NCBI GenBank assembly: GCA_963628765.1
Contig: CAVGFV010000099.1
Coordinates: 1 to 62,448, forward strand
Direction: 5' to 3'
DNA length: 62,448 bases
DNA from: Succinimonas sp.
Lineage (GTDB): Bacteria > Pseudomonadota > Gammaproteobacteria > Enterobacterales > Succinivibrionaceae
Every line of letters starts with the position of its first letter. Positions within the stretch are counted from its first letter, which is position 1. The notes beneath the pieces were generated by a model. That model had not been told where the DNA came from, searched no databases, and was given only the letters and a program-made list of their open reading frames with translations. The translations under genes were made by a program, and so were the position numbers. This document shows positions 30,021 through 39,679 of this stretch, piece by piece.

Positions 30021-30998
30021 TTAATTTTCTAAAGCATCCGGTAACTTAAAACGCTGGTTTTCAGTTTTTTCACCGAGATGATGAATATCATTAAAACCTT
30101 TGGTTTTCAAAAACCCTAAAAGGTCATTTAAAAGATATTCTGGTGCTGAAGCGCCCCCCGTAACCCCAACGTTTTTAACACCTTGAAGCATTTCATCTTC
30201 TACTTCAGTGTAATCATTTACAAGAAAAGCTTTTGTGCCACACTGCTCAGAAACTTCACGAAGTCTATTGGAGTTAGAAGAGTTTTTAGAACCTACCACT
30301 AAAACCACATCCGCAACTTCCGCAAGCTCCTTCACCGCATTTTGTCTATTTTGTGTAGCATAACAGATATCATTTACACCAGGACCTGAAATACCAGGAA
30401 ACTTCTTTCGTAGTTCTTCAATACAGTTCTTAGTTTCATCTACACTAAGGGTAGTTTGGGTTACGAAACTTATATTGTCAGTATTCTTCACTGACAAAAG
30501 AGGAATATCCTTTTCATTTATGATGAGGTTCATCGAGCCATGAACATTGTCATATTGCCCTAAAGTGCCCGCAACTTCTTGATGCCCCGCATGTCCTATC
30601 ATAATAACATCCGCACCTAAGGCAGACATTTTTCTCACCCTACGGTGTACCCTTTCCACAATCGGACAAGTCGCATCAAAAATTCGTAAATGGCGTCTCT
30701 CAGCTTTGGCCACTACCTTCTGAGACACTCCGTGAGCAGAAAACACCACAATACTGTTTTCAGGAATCTCAGAAAGGTGATCCGTAAAAACCGCCCCTTT
30801 ATCACTGAGATCCTGCACCACATGCTGGTTATGCACAACTTCGTGGAGGACATACACCGTCTCATTCGGAAATCTTTCTAGAACTTTCTTTACTGTCGCT
30901 ATAGCCCTACTAACACCAGCACAAAAGCCATGTGGATTTGCCACAATTACTTTTTTGCTTGAATTTTGAGAATCTTTTTCTAAAACAGGAGCCACCAT
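30021..30998 (-). CDS. ispH: 4-hydroxy-3-methylbut-2-enyl diphosphate reductase
   Basis: GFCAGV, DATCP, DICYATQNRQ, SSNSNRL. Confidence 0.98.
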   Translation of the reverse strand: MVAPVLEKDSQNSSKKVIVANPHGFCAGVSRAIATVKKVLERFPNETVYVLHEVVHNQHVVQDLSDKGAVFTDHLSEIPENSIVVFSAHGVSQKVVAKAERRHLRIFDATCPIVERVHRRVRKMSALGADVIMIGHAGHQEVAGTLGQYDNVHGSMNLIINEKDIPLLSVKNTDNISFVTQTTLSVDETKNCIEELRKKFPGISGPGVNDICYATQNRQNAVKELAEVADVVLVVGSKNSSNSNRLREVSEQCGTKAFLVNDYTEVEDEMLQGVKNVGVTGGASAPEYLLNDLLGFLKTKGFNDIHHLGEKTENQRFKLPDALEN

Positions 30999-31522
30999 TA
31001 CGCTTCGTTTTCCTTATTTTTTGATGAGAATAATTCACAGAAAAAAAATATTGCTACACCAACACAAATTGCACAATCAGCAATATTAAAGGCTGGATAA
31101 TGATGTTCCCCAGTATCTGTGGTAATAAAAAAATCTAAAAAATCCACCACGTAACCTAAAGACATACGATCCCATAGGTTTCCAAGAGCGCCACCAATTA
31201 TTAAAGCATAGGCAGTATTTCTAAACCATTTATCTCTAGGAGTCCTAATAAGTAAGCAGGTTAAAAAAACACTTACTACTACGGCAACACCACCAAAAAT
31301 CCATTGTTGCCAACCTGGATATTGAGAAAGAAAGCTAAATGCCGCTCCTTCATTATGCACATGCACTATTCTAAAAAAGCCAGGAATTACCTGAATAAAA
31401 TCTGAAAAATTATAAGCTTCAACATTATTCATAATCCATTGCTTAGATATAAAGTCAAAAGCAAAGGCAAAAACAGCTAGCAGAAGATACCAAATTCCTG
31501 ATTTTTTTAAGGGAACTGACAT
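30998..31522 (-). CDS. lspA: Lipoprotein signal peptidase
   Basis: N.GAAFS, GGALGNL.DR, VVDF, PAFNIAD. Overlaps the ispH start (TAATG). Confidence 0.98.
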   Translation of the reverse strand: MSVPLKKSGIWYLLLAVFAFAFDFISKQWIMNNVEAYNFSDFIQVIPGFFRIVHVHNEGAAFSFLSQYPGWQQWIFGGVAVVVSVFLTCLLIRTPRDKWFRNTAYALIIGGALGNLWDRMSLGYVVDFLDFFITTDTGEHHYPAFNIADCAICVGVAIFFFCELFSSKNKENEA

Positions 31523-31537
31523 AAAAACTCCTGTATG

Positions 31538-31562
31538 AAAAAGGCCAGTAAATACCGGCCTT
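31538..31562 (-). terminator. Terminator-like hairpin between ileS and lspA
   Basis: Minus strand ggccggt-attt-actggcc followed by ttttt. Confidence 0.55.
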
Positions 31563-31603
31563 ATATTTTATCTAAAATCTATCCCAAAAGGATCTAATAA
31601 GCA

Positions 31604-34426
31604 CTAAGCGAACTTACGAACTTCACCTTCGCCATCAATATTTGTAACACAGCGTGAACAAATATCTTCATGACCTGGGATAGTGCCCACAGAGTCTTCA
31701 AAGTGCCAGCAACGGGTACACTTGCAAGCGGTGCTATGCTTAACTTCAATAGCAAGACCAGCTATATCAGCATCCTTGGCATTTTCAGTCTTTTCAGAAA
31801 GTGGGAGTACCTTTGAGTGAGAAACAATTAACACATAGTTAAGTTCACCCTCAAGTTTATCAAGAACTGCCTTCTTGTCAGCATCTGCATAAATTACAAC
31901 ATCTGCTTCCAGTGGGCTTCCGATAACCTTGTCGTTTCTTGCGTCTTCCAACTTCTTATAAACTTCATCACGAACGTTCTTAACTTCGTGCCAGAAAGCA
32001 TCATTGAATGCTGCGTTTTCATCAAGTTCAGAAAGATTCTGATACCATTCAGCGGTGAATACATACTTGTCACGCTTGCCTGGTAAAGAACTCCAAGTTT
32101 CCTGAGCAGTAAAGCTTAGAACTGGTGCAAACCAACGTACGAGAGCTTCGGCAATATGATAAAGAGCACTCTGACAAGATCTTCTTGCAAGGCTATCTGA
32201 CTTCGCAGTGTACTGTCTATCCTTGATAATATCGAGATAGAAAGAACCCATTTCTACAGAGCAGAACTCCATAATCTTTTGCACTACAGTATGGAAATCA
32301 AAGGCATCATAAGCCTTGATAATATCCTTTTGGAAGTTTGCAGCACATGAAACTGCCCACTGATCCAAAGCCACCATCTTGTCAAACGGTACAAGATTCT
32401 TTTCCGGATCAAAGCCATTTAGGTTAGCAAGTAAGAATCTTGTGGTATTTCTGATTCTACGGTAAGCATCCGCACTACGCTTAAAGATTTCATCAGAAAC
32501 AGTCATTTCACCGGTATAGTCGGTAGAAGCCACCCACAAACGAAGTACATCCGCACCAAGTTTCTTAATTACATCCTGTGGGCTTACAACGTTGCCGATA
32601 GACTTAGACATCTTACGGCCTTGACCATCAACGGTAAAGCCATGAGTAAGAACTGTCTTATAAGGAGCAGTGCCTCTAATAGCAGTACTGAGCATAAGTG
32701 AAGACATGAACCAACCTCTATGCTGGTCAGAACCTTCAAGGTACATATCCGCACTATTGCCATGGTATTCTGGACGTTTATCCACAATGGTGAAACTAGT
32801 TGAACCAGAGTCAAACCACACATCAAGGGTATCCTTAACCTTAACATATTGCTTCTGTTCTTCTTCGGTCAAAACTTCAGCAGGATCAAGATCCCACCAA
32901 GCTTGGATACCTTTTTCTTCAACTCTCTTAGCAACTTCTTCAATAAGTTCCTGAGTTCTTGGGTGGAGTGCAGAGGTGTCTTTATCTACGAATAAGGCGA
33001 TTGGCACACCCCAGGTACGCTGTCTTGAAATACACCAGTCTGGACGGTTAGTAACCATCGCTTCAATACGGTTCTGGCCCCAAGATGGTACCCATTTAAC
33101 CTGCTTGATTTCTTCAAGTGACTTCTTACGAAGATCACGGTCATCCATGCTGATAAACCACTGGGCAGTAGCACGGAAAATCACAGGTGACTTATGACGC
33201 CAGCAGCAAGGATAGGAGTGCTTAATATGACCTAAAGCTACTAAAGCGTGCTTTTCTTGAAGTTTTTCAATAACTTTCTTGTTAGCATCAAAAACATTCA
33301 TTCCTGCGAAGAATTCTACATTAGGTAGGAACTTACCATCAGGTCCTACAGGGCATTCCACAGGAAGGTTGTACTTAGTACCAACCATGTAGTCGTCGAG
33401 ACCATGAGCAGGAGCAGTATGTACGGCACCAGTACCAGAATCATCGGTTACGTGAGCGCCTAAAATGATTGCTACATTGCGATCAAGGAAAGGATGGTGG
33501 AAAGCTAAGTTTTCAAGATTTTCACCTTTAGTCTCAGCGAGAACTTCGTATTCCTGTACCTGATAACGCTGTAAAGCAGATTCTGCAAGGCTAGATGCAA
33601 GAATAAGTCTCTCAACCTTTGGAGCCTTAACTTGAATAAGTTGGTATACAAAGTCCTTGTTAAGACAAATAGCCTGGTTAGCAGGTAAAGTCCAAGGAGT
33701 GGTGGTCCAAATTACAGCACTGATAGTGCCTTCACCATTGTCGCAACCGAAAGCCTTTAGTACTGCATTTTCATCTACAGCATTAAAGCGAACGTCAATT
33801 GCATATGAATCAAGATCAGCATATTCAACTTCTGCTTCGGCTAAAGCACTTCCGCAGTCGATACACCAGTGAACTGGCTTAAAGCCCTTTACAAGGTGAC
33901 CATTAGCAGCAACTTTACCAAGAGCCCTGATAATATTAGCTTCGGTATCAAAGTTCATGGTGAGATAAGGTTTATCCCAACTACCTAAAACGCCAAGACG
34001 CTTAAAGTCTGCCATCTGAGCGGCAATTTGAGTCTTTGCGTATTTACGGCATTCTTCTCTAAATTGTGCTGGAGTTACCTTCTGACCTGGCTTACCAACA
34101 AGACCTTCTACCTTAAGTTCGATAGGAAGACCGTGGCAGTCCCAACCTGGAATATAAGGGGCATCATAGCCAGACATGGTCTTAGACTTAATAATGATAT
34201 CTTTGAGAATTTTATTTACAGAATGGCCAAGGTGAATATTACCATTTGCATATGGAGGGCCATCGTGAAGAATAAATGACTTGCGGCCTTTTCTGGCTTC
34301 ACGAATTTGTCCATAAACGTCATCCTTGTACCATGCTTCGAGCATTTCAGGTTCACGTTTAGCCAGATTACCACGCATTGGAAATGCTGTTTCTGGCAGA
34401 TTCAGAGTATCTTTATAGTCTGTCAT
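31604..34426 (-). CDS. ileS: Isoleucine--tRNA ligase (type 1)
   Basis: [30 protein letters not shown]-terminal Zn finger. Confidence 0.99.
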   Translation of the reverse strand: MTDYKDTLNLPETAFPMRGNLAKREPEMLEAWYKDDVYGQIREARKGRKSFILHDGPPYANGNIHLGHSVNKILKDIIIKSKTMSGYDAPYIPGWDCHGLPIELKVEGLVGKPGQKVTPAQFREECRKYAKTQIAAQMADFKRLGVLGSWDKPYLTMNFDTEANIIRALGKVAANGHLVKGFKPVHWCIDCGSALAEAEVEYADLDSYAIDVRFNAVDENAVLKAFGCDNGEGTISAVIWTTTPWTLPANQAICLNKDFVYQLIQVKAPKVERLILASSLAESALQRYQVQEYEVLAETKGENLENLAFHHPFLDRNVAIILGAHVTDDSGTGAVHTAPAHGLDDYMVGTKYNLPVECPVGPDGKFLPNVEFFAGMNVFDANKKVIEKLQEKHALVALGHIKHSYPCCWRHKSPVIFRATAQWFISMDDRDLRKKSLEEIKQVKWVPSWGQNRIEAMVTNRPDWCISRQRTWGVPIALFVDKDTSALHPRTQELIEEVAKRVEEKGIQAWWDLDPAEVLTEEEQKQYVKVKDTLDVWFDSGSTSFTIVDKRPEYHGNSADMYLEGSDQHRGWFMSSLMLSTAIRGTAPYKTVLTHGFTVDGQGRKMSKSIGNVVSPQDVIKKLGADVLRLWVASTDYTGEMTVSDEIFKRSADAYRRIRNTTRFLLANLNGFDPEKNLVPFDKMVALDQWAVSCAANFQKDIIKAYDAFDFHTVVQKIMEFCSVEMGSFYLDIIKDRQYTAKSDSLARRSCQSALYHIAEALVRWFAPVLSFTAQETWSSLPGKRDKYVFTAEWYQNLSELDENAAFNDAFWHEVKNVRDEVYKKLEDARNDKVIGSPLEADVVIYADADKKAVLDKLEGELNYVLIVSHSKVLPLSEKTENAKDADIAGLAIEVKHSTACKCTRCWHFEDSVGTIPGHEDICSRCVTNIDGEGEVRKFA

Positions 34427-34427
34427 T

Positions 34428-35378
34428 TTAATTACTTACCATGTCTCGCCCTTGCGAAGCAAAAAACTTCCGGGCATTTTCTTCATCTAGTGAAATTTGT
34501 GCCTTTAACTCATTTAGATTCGCAAACTTTCGTTCATCGCGCATCTTCATAAGAAAAGAAACTTTAATCTGTTGATAATATATATTTTGATGAAAATTAA
34601 AAATATATACTTCAAGTCGAGGAATTTTGCCATTTACTGTCGGACACAAGCCTACATTAGCAATTCCCTGTTTAACCGTGTTATTGGGTAGCTCTACCTC
34701 TACGGCATATACGCCTGATAAAGGTACAGCCCGCCTATTTAAATTAATATTGGCTGTTGGAAAATTAATGGTTCTCCCAAGCTCTCTACCGTGGCTTACC
34801 TTGCCTCTGATAAAGAAATTTTCACCTAAAAGAGGTTTTACAGCCTCAAGGTCACCTAGAGCCAAATATTTTCTTATTCTAGTTGAGCTTATGCGTTCAT
34901 GGTCATTTTCAAAAGTATCTAGGCTTTCTACTTCAAAACCAGCTTTTTGGGCACTTGATTTTAAAAAATCATAATCGCCTTTACCACCAGCTCCGAAACG
35001 AAAGTCATCACCAATAACGATGTACTTAACATTAAGCTTTTTATTAAGAATATCGCTTACAAAACTTTCCGGGCTTAAGGAAACGAAATCTTTATCGAAA
35101 CGCAGGCAGTACATTACCTCAATTCCGATATTCTTAAAGCCGATAAATTTATCCCGAAAGCGACTCAACCTTGCAGGAACACTTCCAGTACCGAAAAATT
35201 CCTTCGGTTGTGGCTCAAAACACATTACAGCAGGTATAAGTCCGCGGTTTTTCGCTCCCGTAAGAAGCTTCTTTAAAACTGACTTATGCCCTAAATGAAG
35301 ACCATCAAAATTACCAATCGTCAAAGCGATGCCTTGATTTTTTGATTCATAATTTTGTAGGCTTCTAACAAGCAACAT
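34428..35378 (-). CDS. ribF: Riboflavin kinase/FAD synthetase
   Basis: [35 protein letters not shown]. Confidence 0.98.
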   Translation of the reverse strand: MLLVRSLQNYESKNQGIALTIGNFDGLHLGHKSVLKKLLTGAKNRGLIPAVMCFEPQPKEFFGTGSVPARLSRFRDKFIGFKNIGIEVMYCLRFDKDFVSLSPESFVSDILNKKLNVKYIVIGDDFRFGAGGKGDYDFLKSSAQKAGFEVESLDTFENDHERISSTRIRKYLALGDLEAVKPLLGENFFIRGKVSHGRELGRTINFPTANINLNRRAVPLSGVYAVEVELPNNTVKQGIANVGLCPTVNGKIPRLEVYIFNFHQNIYYQQIKVSFLMKMRDERKFANLNELKAQISLDEENARKFFASQGRDMVSN

Positions 35379-35486
35379 GTTTAGATATTCTCAACTTTTG
35401 CATCTTTTTAAAAACAATGACCGATTATATCAGAAAAAAGCACTTAACTAATAACATGCAAGCACCCACCAACTGACATAATCATT

Positions 35487-37067
35487 CTAGCCACGTAACT
35501 CTCTTGGTCTTACACCTAAAATAATAAGCACCAAACCATATATTAAAGCACCAGAACCAATTAAAAGTGCCAAATATAAAATAGCAGAAAAGAGATCCAA
35601 AGAAGCCCAAGATTCCATACCGGAACATAAATAATTCTTTAAAAAGGTTACAGCTACCGCCATTAAAACGGCTCCTATAATGAGCTTAATAATGAATTTA
35701 ATGGTTCCGAAGCTTAAGCGATAAATATTTTTGGTATGAAGGCCGTGTAGGAGAAGACTTACGTTCACCACCGCAGCAAGGGCTGTGGATAAAGCAAGCC
35801 CCACATAACCAATATTCCAAAAATGTTCTAAGGGCCAAACTATAATCAAGTTAAAACAAAGATTGGAAAGCATAGAAATAATGCCATAACGTACCGGAGT
35901 TTTGGTATCCATCCTGGCATTAAAAGCCGGTACTAAAACACGTACTAACATGATGGCCCAAAGACCAGATACGGAAGCAATAAGGCTATACGAAGAACAT
36001 ATAGCATCACTTACCCCATAGCTACCTCTTAAAAATAACACTCTTATGATAGGTTCGCGAAGAGAAATCATGCCAAGCATAGCGGGAATTCCTAGGGTAA
36101 GCACGAGTTTTACGCCCCAATCCATAGTTCTCGTAAAACCTGCCTCATCATTAGTTACCTTGACCTTAGATAAAGCGGGCAGTATCACAGTACCAATAGC
36201 TACGGCAAAAATTCCAATAGGAAACTCTAAGAGTCTATCCGAGTAATAAAGATAGCTAATGGCTCCTGTCGCTAAAAAAGAAGCCAGCATGGTATTAACA
36301 AGAAGGTTAAGCTGGCTTACAGAAACGCCAAAGAGTGCTGGGAGCATTAGGGTACGAATCTTTTTTACACCTTCATGGTTCCAGCCCCATTTAGGCCATA
36401 CGAGCTTATGAAGTTTTCTTAAAAAAGGAAATTGGAAAATAAACTGTACGATACCGCCTATAAGAACACCTAAGGCTAAGGCTGTATTAGGATCCGCCAT
36501 ATGAGGTGCTAACCAAATACAGCAGGCGATCATGGAAAGATTCATAAGACAAGGAGTTATCGCTGGTACTAAAAAACGTCCATAGGTGTTTAGCACAGCT
36601 CCCGAAACAGCCGTAAGAGTTATAAAAAATAGGTATGGGAAAGTAAGCTTTAACAAGAATGAAGCTTGTTCAAACTTTATCGCTTCCGGGCCAGAGTGGT
36701 ACCATTCCATAAACCAGCCCCAGCCAAATAAAGCGGTAATCACCGCACTTCCTAGCATACCTATTACTGTAACTAAAAAGACAACGGCTCCCAAAGTACC
36801 AGAAGTCTTAGAAAGTAATTCGTTTACTTCCTCTTCAGAACGGTTTTCTTTAAATTCCGTCATTACTGGAACAAAAGCAGAACTAAAAGCACCTTCGGCA
36901 AAAAGTCTTCTTAAAAAGTTCGGAATGCGGTTTGCAAAAAAGAACACATCCGCACTCATTCCGGCACCTAAAAGGTGGGCAATAAAAATATCTCTTACCA
37001 GTCCTAATATACGTGATAAAAATGTAGCTCCAGAAGTAATAAGTCCAGAGCGAAAAAGTTTAGCCAT
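35487..37067 (-). CDS. murJ: Lipid II flippase MurJ
   Basis: SRILGLVRD, IPNFLRRLFAEGAF, YY.DRLLEFP.G. ATG 37067 follows GGAG. Confidence 0.97.
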   Translation of the reverse strand: MAKLFRSGLITSGATFLSRILGLVRDIFIAHLLGAGMSADVFFFANRIPNFLRRLFAEGAFSSAFVPVMTEFKENRSEEEVNELLSKTSGTLGAVVFLVTVIGMLGSAVITALFGWGWFMEWYHSGPEAIKFEQASFLLKLTFPYLFFITLTAVSGAVLNTYGRFLVPAITPCLMNLSMIACCIWLAPHMADPNTALALGVLIGGIVQFIFQFPFLRKLHKLVWPKWGWNHEGVKKIRTLMLPALFGVSVSQLNLLVNTMLASFLATGAISYLYYSDRLLEFPIGIFAVAIGTVILPALSKVKVTNDEAGFTRTMDWGVKLVLTLGIPAMLGMISLREPIIRVLFLRGSYGVSDAICSSYSLIASVSGLWAIMLVRVLVPAFNARMDTKTPVRYGIISMLSNLCFNLIIVWPLEHFWNIGYVGLALSTALAAVVNVSLLLHGLHTKNIYRLSFGTIKFIIKLIIGAVLMAVAVTFLKNYLCSGMESWASLDLFSAILYLALLIGSGALIYGLVLIILGVRPRELRG

Positions 37068-37182
37068 AAAAATGCACTCCAGTAATCGCACTGGAATTAT
37101 AAATAATGTATTAAGTAATTAACACAATAAAAAAATACGAAACGCCTTATTCAAATAAAGCTATTTTAGAAGTCAAAAAAAA

Positions 37183-37363
37183 ATGACAAATACGTTATTA
37201 AGTTATAAAATACTGCCGGTTTATTGTCCTACAACGGACTCTGGCAGCATGAATTTCTGAAAAGAAGTGTCTCTTTGTGCCGCTGGTCAATACATAGAGC
37301 TATCAGAATTAGGAGTTTCTCCTGCGGCGGATTCTGATAAGTCTGTATCTGTGTTGTTTTTTT
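37183..37363 (+). ncRNA. Candidate structured RNA or long rpsT P1 leader (promoter included in the span)
   Basis: ATGACA-17-TAAAAT, two long imperfect hairpins (37237-37288 and 37288-37356), then T7. Confidence 0.35.
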
Positions 37364-37389
37364 ATAACGCGAACATTATAATTGCGCGT
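37354..37389 (+). promoter_or_regulatory. Proximal sigma70 promoter of rpsT
   Basis: TTGTTT-17-TATAAT followed by GC-rich tgcgcgt, the same layout as the rpsB promoter. Confidence 0.7.
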
Positions 37390-37490
37390 AACTTGGTCTT
37401 AATTATATAGACCTTAGAAAATGATACAGAAACGGTACGATAAATTATTTTAGTTTATCCTTACACTTAAAAGATTTTTAGGAGTTTACT

Positions 37491-37754
37491 TTGGCAAATA
37501 TCAAGTCTGCAAAGAAGCGTGTTATCACCTCTGAAAGAAATCGCGTTCACAATGTTGCTAAGCGTTCTGAAATGCGTACTGCTGTTAAAAAGGTTCTAGC
37601 TCTTGTTCAAGCTGGTGATAAAGAAGGTGCAAAGGCTGCATTCGTTAGAGCAGAAGTTCTTCTTGACCGCGCTGCTACTAAAGGCCTTATCCACATCAAC
37701 AAGGCTGCACGTCATAAATCAAATCTCAGCAAGGCTATCAAAGCTTTAGCTTAA
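37491..37754 (+). CDS. rpsT: 30S ribosomal protein S20 (TTG start)
   Basis: ANIKSAKKR…[20 protein letters not shown]. Confidence 0.99.
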   Translation: MANIKSAKKRVITSERNRVHNVAKRSEMRTAVKKVLALVQAGDKEGAKAAFVRAEVLLDRAATKGLIHINKAARHKSNLSKAIKALA

Positions 37755-37778
37755 GACTCTGATATAAGTATCTATTCT

Positions 37779-37805
37779 AAAGGCTTCCTGCGGGAAGCTT
37801 TTTTT
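37779..37805 (+). terminator. rpsT terminator
   Basis: gcttcc-tgcg-ggaagc followed by T7. Confidence 0.85.
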
Positions 37806-37986
37806 ATTTCCAAAATTCTCACGGAACTCTTTAAAATTACTAATAACAGCTCCGAAATTGTACAAATGTGAAAAAGATCAAAAAATCTCACATTAATTTT
37901 ATTTTTTTAACGTCCTCCAAAGCCTTACAAATAAACGTTTTCCAAAAAAACATCCCAAATTTCTTAAAAAAATATTAAAAATCACT

Positions 37987-38013
37987 GAACTTTTTTATTA
38001 GGTTCTTATCTAA
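37987..38013 (+). promoter_or_regulatory. sigmaE (RpoE)-type promoter 1
   Basis: GAACTT(37987-92)-N16-TCTAA(38009-13) with an AT-rich upstream tract. Confidence 0.75.
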
Positions 38014-38018
38014 ATAAA

Positions 38019-38098
38019 CAGATTAGGACGTGAATCTCATATCTTAGTCTCCTTCATAATATATTTTCTTCGCCCATATACTTGTATATGGGTTTTTT
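38019..38098 (+). ncRNA. Candidate sigmaE-dependent sRNA 1 (about 80 nt)
   Basis: 5' hairpin agattagga/tcttagtct, unpaired ccttcataatatattttcttc, terminator cccatata-cttg-tatatggg-T6. Confidence 0.65.
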
Positions 38099-38224
38099 CT
38101 TTCTATATTCTTCAATTTCAAAATTTTCCCACCAAAAAAATTGCTGATCCTTTTCAAATAACTACTTCAAGGTTTAGCCAAAACGCGATTTATATCAAAA
38201 TTTAAGATTTTTTATATTTTTAAT

Positions 38225-38251
38225 GAACTTTTTACATGTTTTATACTCTAA
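38225..38251 (+). promoter_or_regulatory. sigmaE (RpoE)-type promoter 2
   Basis: GAACTT(38225-30)-N16-TCTAA(38247-51) with an AT-rich upstream tract. Confidence 0.75.
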
Positions 38252-38256
38252 ACTAA

Positions 38257-38331
38257 TACCTGCGAAACGAAGATTTTATCTTTGTTTTTCATTCCGTGTT
38301 TTTCGGTCATCTGTAAAGGTGACCGCTTTTT
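38257..38331 (+). ncRNA. Candidate sigmaE-dependent sRNA 2 (about 75 nt)
   Basis: 5' hairpin gaaacgaagat/atctttgtttt, unpaired tcattccgtgttttt, terminator cggtcatct-gtaa-aggtgaccg-cttttt. Confidence 0.62.
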
Positions 38332-38447
38332 AGCGCGGTTTCTCCACGACTAGTCTAAGCCCTAGAATAAATTAACTTTTGCGGTATGTAGTGAATAACC
38401 GCACAGGACTAAACTATTAAAACGACAATATTTTGAGTTTTACCATT

Positions 38448-38480
38448 GCCATCCTCTTGTGCTACAAGAGGATGGCTTTT
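38448..38480 (+). terminator. Strong orphan terminator, possibly ending a third RNA
   Basis: Perfect 13-bp stem gccatcctcttgt/acaagaggatggc with tttt on the + strand only. Confidence 0.65.
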
Positions 38481-38619
38481 CGTTTGTACCAAGACAAACT
38501 TATCCAAAAGAATTATTTATCACTAACAACTTTTGTGCGGAATTAAGGTTAGAGGAAACTCTAAATTCAAAAACAAAAAAAGCTTCGTTATTTTATTTTT
38601 CTATACATTCCAAGTTATC

Positions 38620-39576
38620 TTAGCAGTAACCGTACTGCATAAGTCTGTTATAACGGTTTTCTAGAAGCTGTTCTGCAGATTCTAGCTTAAGTTGGCTAAG
38701 ATCTGTAACAATACGGCTCTTTAAGTTTTGTGCCATCTTCTTATAGTCTCGATGTGCGCCACCGAGAGGTTCTTCTACAATATTGTCGATAAGCTTAAGT
38801 TTCTTAAGATCCTTGGCTGTGATATTCATAGCTTCAGCAGCTAAAGGAGCCTTATCAGCACTCTTCCAAAGAATAGAAGCACAACCTTCTGGAGAAATTA
38901 CTGAATAGGTAGCATATTGAAGCATGTTCACGCGGTCACCCACACCAATGGCTAAAGCACCACCAGAACCACCTTCGCCAATAACTGTACACACAATAGG
39001 TACACGAAGAGAGCTCATAACCTTAAGGTTTCTCGCAATAGCTTCTGCTTGACCTCTTTCTTCTGCACCAACACCTGGATATGCACCCGGGGTATCAATA
39101 AAGGTAATGATAGGCATTTTGAATTTTTCAGCAAGTTGCATTAATCTCAAAGCCTTACGATAACCTTCTGGGCGTGGCATACCAAAATTACGCATGGTAC
39201 GAGTTTGTACATCTCTACCCTTTTGATGTCCGATAACCATTACGGATTCACCCTCAAGACGTGCAATACCACCAACTATAGCACTATCATCGGCATAAGC
39301 ACGATCGCCATGAAGCTCTTCAAAATCAGTAAAAATTTCCTTGATATAATCAAGAGTATACGGACGTAGCGGGTGACGAGATAGTCTTGAAATCTGCCAA
39401 GCACCAAGATCTGTAAAGGTCTTCTTGGTCATTTCTTCTGCTTTCTTTTCAAGAGACTTTATCTCATCTGAAAAATCTACACTTTCACCGATATTGTTGC
39501 TGACATGCTTGAGCTCCTCAATATGAGCTAAAAGCTCTGCTATAGGTTGCTCAAAATCCAAATAATCAATATTCAT
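38620..39576 (-). CDS. accA: Acetyl-CoA carboxylase carboxyltransferase alpha
   Basis: [35 protein letters not shown]. Confidence 0.99.
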   Translation of the reverse strand: MNIDYLDFEQPIAELLAHIEELKHVSNNIGESVDFSDEIKSLEKKAEEMTKKTFTDLGAWQISRLSRHPLRPYTLDYIKEIFTDFEELHGDRAYADDSAIVGGIARLEGESVMVIGHQKGRDVQTRTMRNFGMPRPEGYRKALRLMQLAEKFKMPIITFIDTPGAYPGVGAEERGQAEAIARNLKVMSSLRVPIVCTVIGEGGSGGALAIGVGDRVNMLQYATYSVISPEGCASILWKSADKAPLAAEAMNITAKDLKKLKLIDNIVEEPLGGAHRDYKKMAQNLKSRIVTDLSQLKLESAEQLLENRYNRLMQYGYC

Positions 39577-39679
39577 GCATAAACTCCATCATCGGATGAA
39601 ACATTAAACCACCATATTTTACTCTATGCTGTCTAAAAATTCGAGACAAGGTGAAACATTATGCAAATTCCTCACAAAA

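Noticed and set aside
37312..37340. CCTGCGGCGG resembles the 3' end of E. coli 6S RNA
   Set aside because: There is no end-to-end rod with a central bubble and no zapA-ygfA context. A 10-nt match is insufficient.
38023..38292. Minus-strand micro-ORFs (MRFTS, MKETKI, MKNKDKIFVSQVLV)
   Set aside because: They are 5-14 codons long, while promoters and U-tailed terminators all point to + strand transcripts. Not fully excluded.
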